Virus record (IMG/VR): IMGVR_UViG_3300047276_000269
Coordinates: 1-28,563 of that record
Source of the DNA: a virus
Taxonomy: Duplodnaviria > Caudoviricetes
DNA: 28,563 nt
Direction: 5' to 3' (one strand)
The translations under genes and the position numbers were made by a program. Every line of letters begins with the position of its first letter. Positions within the stretch are counted from its first letter, which is position 1. This document shows positions 15,229 to 20,972 of this stretch, one piece after another. The notes beneath the pieces were generated by a model, which saw only the letters and a list, made by a program, of their open reading frames with translations, ran no database searches and was not told the DNA's origin.

Positions 15229-15470
15229 GTGTTCTTCTCCTTAAGTTTGGCTTCGATTTCGCGGGCAAACTTGAACTGCATAGGTCCAGTAATGATTGCG
15301 TCTGCTTTGAACATTGCCTGTGCTATGTCGTCATCAGTCAGCCCTACCCAAGGCTTCTTGTAGTCTTGGATGTCATCGTCGTCTTCGGCGGCTTTCTGGC
15401 ACATCCCTTGGCATTCCCCTGTGGGAAAGTTGCATAGGTAGTACTCACAGTGTGGTTGTACTTTAATCAT
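15225..15470 (-). CDS. Hypothetical protein ending IEAKLKEKNT
   Basis: Cys-rich N-terminus, then WVGLTDDDI...FAREIEAKLKEKNT. Confidence 0.75.
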   Translation of the reverse strand: MIKVQPHCEYYLCNFPTGECQGMCQKAAEDDDDIQDYKKPWVGLTDDDIAQAMFKADAIITGPMQFKFAREIEAKLKEKNT

Positions 15471-15667
15471 ATGCGTACTGCTCTTTCTTTTAGCATTGCC
15501 TCTGCCAGTTCAAAAGCTGCTTTGGCAGTTTCACTAGGCGTAGACACTGGCGCTGAACTTAGCAAGGCAAAAGCGGCAAACCAATCAAGCATGGTTATTT
15601 CTTGAATTGATATGGGATCCATTTTTGGCTTGAGGGCTTCAATTCCCTCTTCTTTTTTTCGTCCCAT
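15467..15667 (-). CDS. Conserved small phage protein
   Basis: ITMLDWFAAFAL...AFELAEAMLKER motif; SD AAGGAG. Confidence 0.75.
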   Translation of the reverse strand: MGRKKEEGIEALKPKMDPISIQEITMLDWFAAFALLSSAPVSTPSETAKAAFELAEAMLKERAVRI

Positions 15668-15956
15668 TTGCCTTCTCCTTTACGGTCATTTTTTCGATCT
15701 TTGCAATCAAAGTTGGAACAATACTTTTGCCGTTTATCATCAGGCCCTGGATGAGTCCATCTGTTTCTATGATCTTGGCTGCGTCCTGAAGACCTTTGTT
15801 GTAGCCGCTGCTGTAGGAGGAGTTCTCTGTAATAAGCATGGTGATGGCATCTCTAACCATTGAGGATGCTTTGCGTTGACCGGCTGCAATCTTCAGTTTT
15901 ACATAGATGTCTTCTGGAAGATGAACCGAGTAAGGCACTAGTCTTTTTGTTTCCAT
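15639..15956 (-). CDS. Ribbon-helix-helix (CopG/Arc-like) DNA-binding protein
   Basis: YSVHLPEDIYVKLK...ASSMVRDAITMLI follows the RHH pattern. Confidence 0.7.
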   Translation of the reverse strand: METKRLVPYSVHLPEDIYVKLKIAAGQRKASSMVRDAITMLITENSSYSSGYNKGLQDAAKIIETDGLIQGLMINGKSIVPTLIAKIEKMTVKEKANGTKKRRGN

Positions 15957-16357
15957 TTTTTAAATTCCTCGTGGATTTGGTTTAGCTTTCTTGCTGCTTC
16001 TTCGTTTCCTCTGAGCTCAGAGCGTGACGCTACTCCAAATTCATTTCTTAGCCAGTCTGCTGCTTCCAGTTCATTGGCATCAAAAATGTCTCCAATTTCA
16101 ACAAGGAATGCCTGAAAATCTTTGTCTTTACAAAGCATTCCTGCCAGCCTTACCGCAGGATCGGTGAACTGCTCCCGGTTTAAGGGTTGCTCATCGTTGT
16201 CGATTCTTGCCATGACCACAACATACCGCGATCCAACAAAGTCTCGCATGATGCGGTCATCAAGATCATCTGGATGGATGTTTAGGGTTAGAACATAGCC
16301 CGACTTGTCCTGTTTTAGGGCTACCTTGATAGCTTCAAAACTAGGATGCTGGCTCAT
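15938..16357 (-). CDS. Conserved hypothetical phage protein
   Basis: Start MSQHPSFEA at 16357 (ATGA overlap, SD AAGGA); AGMLC.D..FQ.F and GVASRSEL motifs. Confidence 0.75.
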   Translation of the reverse strand: MSQHPSFEAIKVALKQDKSGYVLTLNIHPDDLDDRIMRDFVGSRYVVVMARIDNDEQPLNREQFTDPAVRLAGMLCKDKDFQAFLVEIGDIFDANELEAADWLRNEFGVASRSELRGNEEAARKLNQIHEEFKKWKQKD

Positions 16358-16551
16358 GTTCTTTCCTTTGCTTTGTTCTCCGATATCCAAATGGCAAGCA
16401 GGGTAAGGTTTGAATGAATGGAAACAATGTCTGCCAAGTAGCCTTCGTACTTCTTGTGCAAACACTTGTATTCCAGTTCTTTATATTTCTGCTCAATGTT
16501 TATCAGCAGACTAGAGTAGTCAAAGAACTCGTCAGAATGGGATGTCTTCAT
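16354..16551 (-). CDS. Hypothetical protein
   Basis: Fills the operon; SD GAGG; stop coupled to the next gene. Confidence 0.65.
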   Translation of the reverse strand: MKTSHSDEFFDYSSLLINIEQKYKELEYKCLHKKYEGYLADIVSIHSNLTLLAIWISENKAKERT

Positions 16552-16789
16552 TTGGGACCTCTTTTGCTTCTGGTTTGTAATTGTTCCAAGAGAGGCTTAA
16601 GAACTCACCAAAGTTACCTTGCCGCTTCCAGGAAGAAAGCTTGATCACAATTTCATCCCCATTATGTTCTTCCAGCAATTTCTTGAGGGCGCTGCGCTCC
16701 ATGATGATTTCGCCGGTCATGTCCGGCTTCTTGGGATCGCCTTGCTTGTACTTGTTTGCAGAAAGTTTTCCGCTGTTTGGGTATTTCAT
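16532..16789 (-). CDS. Small SSB-like protein (DUF736-like)
   Basis: NSG.L..N......PD.TG.I...LSSW......FLSLS motif and an acidic EDIPF tail; adjacent to the annealase. Confidence 0.7.
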   Translation of the reverse strand: MKYPNSGKLSANKYKQGDPKKPDMTGEIIMERSALKKLLEEHNGDEIVIKLSSWKRQGNFGEFLSLSWNNYKPEAKEVPNEDIPF

Positions 16790-17460
16790 GATGACTCCTT
16801 TTCTTTAAAAGATTCTCTACGGTCCCTAAAGTCCCTCATCAGGGATACATAATCTTCCGGCGCTTCTACCTTCAGGGTGTCAAAGATAACGCGGTTGACC
16901 CGGAAAATATCCAATACATCTTTCTCAGACTGTGCGGTTTTTAGGGCCATCCTGGAAGCATCCATAACTACCCCGATCCATGCCTGAAAGTCTGTGTTTT
17001 TGTCTGCCTTGATGGAAAGCTGCCAGCCGCCTGGGGTTCCCTCAATTAGCTTTGGTGGAGCTTTCGCCGCAGGCTTAGGGGCTGGTGCATCGGCTGGGTC
17101 TGGCAGGTCTTCACCGGCGTAGATATAGAGCCCAAGACCGTGGCAAGCAATAGCTTTAACCAGGCAGCGCATCATGTTTTTGTTGATGATGAATGCATCA
17201 GGATTTTTGACAGCCTGATTGCGATGGTCCATGACTGGCAGATGCATCTTGATCGGCTTGTTAAAAGCCGTGACGGTACAAGAAACCATCATGGTGTCTT
17301 CAAACATCTCCGGCTTGTGGAACTCCCAGTTTGCGCTGGGATCGTGGCGCATAAGCTGGTCTATAGCCCACGGCCACGACAGATAGCTTAGGTTTTGCTT
17401 CTTCTCAATGTGCTTGCTAACATCAATCGAAGCTAACGTAACAAAGTGGTTGTCACTCAT
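16786..17460 (-). CDS. Sak3/DUF1071-family single-strand annealing protein
   Basis: IEKK.NLSYLSW.WA, LPVMD..N and MRCLVKAIA.HGLGLYIYAGEDLP motifs. Confidence 0.85.
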   Translation of the reverse strand: MSDNHFVTLASIDVSKHIEKKQNLSYLSWPWAIDQLMRHDPSANWEFHKPEMFEDTMMVSCTVTAFNKPIKMHLPVMDHRNQAVKNPDAFIINKNMMRCLVKAIACHGLGLYIYAGEDLPDPADAPAPKPAAKAPPKLIEGTPGGWQLSIKADKNTDFQAWIGVVMDASRMALKTAQSEKDVLDIFRVNRVIFDTLKVEAPEDYVSLMRDFRDRRESFKEKESS

Positions 17461-17786
17461 TTTTTACTTTTCCTTTTCTTTTGTCCTGGTTTGCGTCCTG
17501 GCTTTGCCACCGGGGTGCCGTCTTTTTTCAAGCCCCACGGCGCGTTTACCGTGATGGCTTTCTGGTTAACGCTCTTGTTTTTTAGGGATTGCAGTTCATC
17601 TTCCAGCCGCGAAACGGTGGATTCGAGATTAACAACATAGTTCTGCTTGGCTGCGTTGGCAACTTCTTCATTGTTTCTCTCTTCCTCAATCGCATCCAGC
17701 ATGGATTGAGTCATCTGCTTGGTATATTTATTCAAGAACTCCATGTAGAGCAAGGCTTCTGCTCTTGTTATTTTCATCTCAATCAT
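17457..17786 (-). CDS. Coiled-coil protein with basic tail
   Basis: Start MIEMK at 17786 (ATGA overlap); APWGLKKDGTP..KPGRKP basic tail. Confidence 0.7.
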   Translation of the reverse strand: MIEMKITRAEALLYMEFLNKYTKQMTQSMLDAIEEERNNEEVANAAKQNYVVNLESTVSRLEDELQSLKNKSVNQKAITVNAPWGLKKDGTPVAKPGRKPGQKKRKSKK

Positions 17787-18655
17787 TTTGCTTTTTCCTT
17801 TAGGTAGGTTTGATGTTGCTGACAAAACTCGCTGACCTGACAGAACTTCTCACAGCGAGTGCGCTCCCCTTCTCTTACTTCTATGAAGTAGCCCTTCGGG
17901 GGTAGGGCCGCTTGAGCATCCTCCTGTGTTTGGTGAACGCTCTTTGCTCTTACTGCGCCGTCTTTCTTTACGGCATAGGTTGTCTTTTTCTCCCACATTT
18001 CTTCGGGTGAACACTCTGGCAAATTGCCGCCAGAGTCAGATTCAAAGTATGCTTCTGCGTGGAGTTTGATGCGGTTGTTTATGAACTCATCCCTCTCTTG
18101 TGCGCTCCAAAGCGGTATGTCGATGGTGACAATTGGCGCTTGTGGATAGTCTGGCTTTAGAGTCGCATCCCGGCTGGACCAATCCCGAATGATGGCAACA
18201 ATTGTTAGTGATTTGACTTTGACATTCTTTGCTTTCTCCACCAGCCATGCATAGATGTTTAGCTGGTCATGCCACTCTTTCTTCTCGTTCATTACGGCCC
18301 ATGCGCCGGTTGTCTTGTAGTCGCTGATATGAACACCGTCTTCTTCTACCTCTTGTAAGTCAATTGCTCCCGATAGATGCCAGCCTTCATGGGTGATGTG
18401 GATTCTCTCTTCGACGATGTGGTTGCTGCCTTTGCCATGCTCGAGGATGCTATGCACAGCCGATCCAAACAGTGACCAAACCATTTCACTGGCATCTACC
18501 TCGATGTCGTCCCAGTGGCGATGTTTCAGTTGGACAATTTGCGGACTGTTAATCAGTTCTGTGACAGACAAGTGAGCCTTCCCTTTAGAGTAGGTTGGGC
18601 GCTCGATGACGTTGACAAATGTCTGCGGTAAGTTGTGTTTGTTGGTTAGCTTCAT
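17783..18655 (-). CDS. PD-(D/E)XK (Cas4/RecB-like) exonuclease
   Basis: GSAVH..LE, LSGAIDL, DYKTT and QLNIY motifs, with a C-terminal Cys cluster (RCEKFCQVSEFC). Confidence 0.85.
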   Translation of the reverse strand: MKLTNKHNLPQTFVNVIERPTYSKGKAHLSVTELINSPQIVQLKHRHWDDIEVDASEMVWSLFGSAVHSILEHGKGSNHIVEERIHITHEGWHLSGAIDLQEVEEDGVHISDYKTTGAWAVMNEKKEWHDQLNIYAWLVEKAKNVKVKSLTIVAIIRDWSSRDATLKPDYPQAPIVTIDIPLWSAQERDEFINNRIKLHAEAYFESDSGGNLPECSPEEMWEKKTTYAVKKDGAVRAKSVHQTQEDAQAALPPKGYFIEVREGERTRCEKFCQVSEFCQQHQTYLKEKAK

Positions 18656-18778
18656 CTATAGGCTCCAGGGTTTTTTCTCTTTCGATTCTTTCAGCAAAGA
18701 CTCGACCTTCTTCTCGAGCTCTTCAATGCGTTGCTCAAGCTCTTCCATCAGTTGTTCTAAAGATTTTTCTTCATTCAT
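18656..18778 (-). CDS. 40-aa coiled-coil peptide (not in ORF track)
   Basis: MNEEKSLEQLMEELEQRIEELEKKVESLLKESKEKKPWSL; its stop abuts the nuclease ATG. Confidence 0.65.
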   Translation of the reverse strand: MNEEKSLEQLMEELEQRIEELEKKVESLLKESKEKKPWSL

Positions 18779-18986
18779 CTCTGATTTCCGTGTTTTTGTA
18801 GACGGTCATTACCATTTCAATCGTGTCGTGCATAGACACTCTCATGCCCTTTGCAAGTGATGTGAACGAAATCAGCAGCGCTTTCAGGACGATCCCGTAA
18901 TCAACATTCGGGTGGTGGTTCTCAAAGAACTTTATTAGGCTTGCCGCCACCAATGTGGACTCTTCCCATTGATTCTTTTGTTCCAT
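18771..18986 (-). CDS. Hypothetical protein, first gene of the leftward operon
   Basis: SD AAGGAG, downstream of the leftward promoter. Confidence 0.75.
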   Translation of the reverse strand: MEQKNQWEESTLVAASLIKFFENHHPNVDYGIVLKALLISFTSLAKGMRVSMHDTIEMVMTVYKNTEIRDE

Positions 18987-19016
18987 GACTCTCCTTTTTT
19001 GTGACTAGGGGAACGG

Positions 19017-19044
19017 AATATAACACACATATTGCATCCGTCAA
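19017..19044 (-). promoter_or_regulatory. Leftward sigma70-type promoter
   Basis: TTGACG (19044-19039), 16 bp, TATATT (19022-19017) with an extended -10 TGn. Confidence 0.6.
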
Positions 19045-19061
19045 CACCTATGTGGTATAAT
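19032..19061 (+). promoter_or_regulatory. Rightward sigma70-type promoter, probably giving a leaderless mRNA
   Basis: TTGCAT (19032-37), 18 bp, TATAAT (19056-61) with an extended -10. The ATG at 19069 is at the expected +1 and there is no SD. Confidence 0.7.
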
Positions 19062-19068
19062 TTTTTGC

Positions 19069-19353
19069 ATGAGAAGAGCCGCCAAAATCGACGACAACCA
19101 GAATGATGTTGTAAAAGCGCTACGAGCCATAGGCGCTACGGTCCGCATCGTTACCCAGGGGGGTGGTCTGCCAGACCTATTGGTCGGCTATCGTGGGCAC
19201 ACCATCCTAATGGAGATCAAAGACGGGAAGAAACCCCCGTCTGCCAGGAAGCTGACCGAGGCGGAACAGAAGTTTTTTGATGAGTGGCGCGGGGGCTTGC
19301 TGGCGGTGGTAGAAAGTGTTGATGATGCTATTGCGTTGCTCCGGCGTTTCTGA
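19069..19353 (+). CDS. VRR-NUC-family nuclease (putative Holliday junction resolvase)
   Basis: GLPDLLVG...MEIK...KLT..EQ.F...W motif. Confidence 0.85.
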   Translation: MRRAAKIDDNQNDVVKALRAIGATVRIVTQGGGLPDLLVGYRGHTILMEIKDGKKPPSARKLTEAEQKFFDEWRGGLLAVVESVDDAIALLRRF

Positions 19354-19359
19354 TAAGAT
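19331..19359 (+). promoter_or_regulatory. Promoter for candidate sRNA
   Basis: TTGCGT (19331-36), 17 bp, TAAGAT (19354-59) preceded by TGn. Predicted +1 is about 19366. Confidence 0.55.
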
Positions 19360-19365
19360 CGGGCT

Positions 19366-19437
19366 GCAACAACCCCCAGTTGCTTGCTTCTCCTTTCTAG
19401 GGAATTAGCAGGGCCCTAAAAAGCCCTGCCCTTTTTT
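19366..19437 (+). ncRNA. Candidate ~72-nt anti-RBS small RNA
   Basis: 5' hairpin GCAAC-AACCCCCA-GTTGC, core TTGCTTCTCCTTTCTAG (19384-19400), and a 3' terminator. No ORF. Confidence 0.55.
19408..19437 (+). terminator. Rho-independent terminator
   Basis: GCAGGGC (19408-14) pairs with GCCCTGC (19423-29), followed by CC-T6. Confidence 0.7.
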
Positions 19438-19447
19438 ACAAACAAAA

Positions 19448-20287
19448 ATGGCAAACGATCCCTTTAAAATCATTGAGCCCACGGTGATTTCTTTCTCCGG
19501 CGGCCGCACCTCCGCTTACATGTTGTGGAGGGTTCTCCAATCTAACGGTGGACTTCCTGATGAATGCCTGGTTGTCTTTGCCAATACCGGCAAAGAAGAA
19601 GAGGCAACCCTTGAATTCATTAAGGACTGCGAGTCCAACTGGGGCATCAAAGTCTATTGGGTGGAGCGGGTCTTTGATGACAAGGGATTTAAGCTGGTGG
19701 ATTTTGATACCGCCAGCAGGGACGGTGAGCCGTTTGAGGCGCTGATCCGTAAAAGGAACTATCTCCCTAACCCCGTGGCCAGGATATGCACCTCTGAGCT
19801 CAAGATACGAGCTCAGTCTAAGTTCCTGGAGACTATGGATATCTTTAAGGGGGAGACATACTCCACTATAGAGAACATGTCCTGGGTTGGAATTCGCAAG
19901 GATGAGGAGCGCAGGGCCGCAAAGATTGCGGACAAGGCTAGGATTCCTCTGTGGACAGCCGGGGTTACCAAGGAAGTCATTGGGGACTTCTGGCGCAAGA
20001 GCAATTTTGACCTTGCCTTACCCAACAATAATGGCGTTACCATGCACGGGAACTGTGATCTGTGCTTTCTCAAGCCGGCTGCCCAGATTGTCAGCCTGAT
20101 CAGCGAGAAGCCATCCCGGGCAAGCTGGTGGATGAGGATGGAGAATCTGTCCCTGTCTTCCAAGCCCAGCGGGGCTGTATTCAGGACGGATCGTGCCAGC
20201 TACACTGAAATGTCCACCTACGCGGGCAAGCAAACAGATATGTTTGACCCCAAAGAAGAGGCAATTGCTTGTTTCTGTGGAGATTAG
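19448..20287 (+). CDS. PAPS-reductase/DndC-like PP-loop protein, probably Fe-S binding
   Basis: SFSGGRTS PP-loop, ANTGKE, CTSELK, GIRKDE, GNCDLCF and terminal CFCGD. Confidence 0.85.
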   Translation: MANDPFKIIEPTVISFSGGRTSAYMLWRVLQSNGGLPDECLVVFANTGKEEEATLEFIKDCESNWGIKVYWVERVFDDKGFKLVDFDTASRDGEPFEALIRKRNYLPNPVARICTSELKIRAQSKFLETMDIFKGETYSTIENMSWVGIRKDEERRAAKIADKARIPLWTAGVTKEVIGDFWRKSNFDLALPNNNGVTMHGNCDLCFLKPAAQIVSLISEKPSRASWWMRMENLSLSSKPSGAVFRTDRASYTEMSTYAGKQTDMFDPKEEAIACFCGD

Positions 20288-20299
20288 GGAAAACCCTTA
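20285..20299. promoter_or_regulatory. Inverted-repeat motif TAGGGAAAACCCTTA (operator-like)
   Basis: A related copy, TAGGGATTTTCCCTTA, lies at 24306-24321. Both are next to promoters. Confidence 0.5.
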
Positions 20300-20303
20300 G
20301 TTT

Positions 20304-20317
20304 TGTTAACGTTAACA
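20304..20317. repeat. 14-bp palindrome TGTTAACGTTAACA, copy 3
   Basis: Intergenic copy ending 1 bp before TTGACA. Confidence 0.9.
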
Positions 20318-20318
20318 C

Positions 20319-20344
20319 TTGACAACTAGAATTTTGTGTATAAT
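20319..20344 (+). promoter_or_regulatory. Promoter-like element with consensus hexamers but a 14-bp spacer
   Basis: TTGACA 20319-24 and TATAAT 20339-44. An alternative is TTGTTA-18-TAGAAT (20303-20332). Confidence 0.55.
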
Positions 20345-20349
20345 AGAGG

Positions 20350-20510
20350 CGTCTAGAGTGGCATCTAGGCGATGAAATAGAACTTGAACCCCGCAGGGTA
20401 CTGTGTGGTCTTGTCAGGTAGCAAGCGTGACTTTTGTCTATTTCAATCGTTTTGCTGCTGCTCATGCCAAGAGCCAAGACCACAGAGCATCTTGCGGGGT
20501 TTTTGCTTTT
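20350..20510 (+). ncRNA. C4/CI-like antisense RNA with upstream target leader
   Basis: Leader hairpin 20350-71, then a long interrupted hairpin 20387-20501 ending in a U-run. Its unpaired ATGCCA and TCTATTTCAATCG are complementary to leader TGGCAT and CGATGAAATAGA. Confidence 0.6.
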
Positions 20511-20520
20511 GGCGGACTGG

Positions 20521-20910
20521 TTACTAGTATCTATCGGGTTATGGGATTGAATGGGGCAGCCAGAGGAAGCGAAAGCGTAGGCTGGAGTGCGCTATCCCTA
20601 CAACGTTCTGACTAGTGATGAGAGCGCAAAGAAGTTATCATGGCGCAACCGGGGGGTTTCCTCCATCTAACCTTGGGTTCAAGTCCTGCGGGTATGGTGT
20701 AGGTCCAGATGGCCGGGATAGACGCTGATCAAGCAGCGGAAAGCATCTGGTACTGGCGCACTTGTTGAAGTTGCCGGTCCACACGGAAGCGATGCATGGC
20801 TCCGGGGGAGTAAAAACACCTAGGTGGAGATAAGCTCTCCCCTAGGCAGGTTTTTGCCAGCCGTTCTCTACATCCACCAGGGGAGTAATATATTGCATTT
20901 GTAGTGCATC
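20521..20910 (+). ncRNA. Candidate ~390-nt structured non-coding element
   Basis: No convincing ORF. Several nested stems, a GAAA tetraloop and a T-loop-like GGTTCAAGTCC. Confidence 0.45.
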
Positions 20911-20916
20911 TACCTG

Positions 20917-20945
20917 TTGACATCCGCAAAACAAAAGATCACAAT
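20917..20945 (+). promoter_or_regulatory. sigma70-type promoter of the replication operon
   Basis: TTGACA (20917-22), 17 bp, CACAAT (20940-45); SD AAGGAG at 20962-67. Confidence 0.65.
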
Positions 20946-20972
20946 CTGCTTTCCAACATCAAAGGAGAAAAG

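Larger units (their letters stand above)
14831..15257. repeat. Gene-junction repeat (minus strand GGAGAAGAACACATGA), 3 copies
   Basis: tcatgtgttcttctcc at 14831, 15067 and 15225. Copies 14831-14863 and 15225-15257 match at 32 of 33 nt. Confidence 0.9.

Noticed and set aside
14831-15257. Three repeats with unique intervening sequence, next to a Cas4-like nuclease, as a mini-CRISPR array
   Set aside because: The spacing is 236 and 158 bp and each interval is a full ORF. The repeats are coding gene junctions and no cas1/cas2 is present.
19448-20287. Calling this gene cysH (auxiliary sulfur metabolism)
   Set aside because: It lacks the ECGLH-type C-terminus of true PAPS/APS reductases and has no sulfur-pathway context.
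20660-20700. tRNA gene suggested by GGTTCAAGTCC
   Set aside because: No acceptor stem, D-arm or anticodon arm can be built. It is kept only as a T-loop-like motif.
20403-20929. ORFs 20403-20615 (+) and 20729-20929 (-)
   Set aside because: No SD, atypical composition, and they overlap strong RNA stems.
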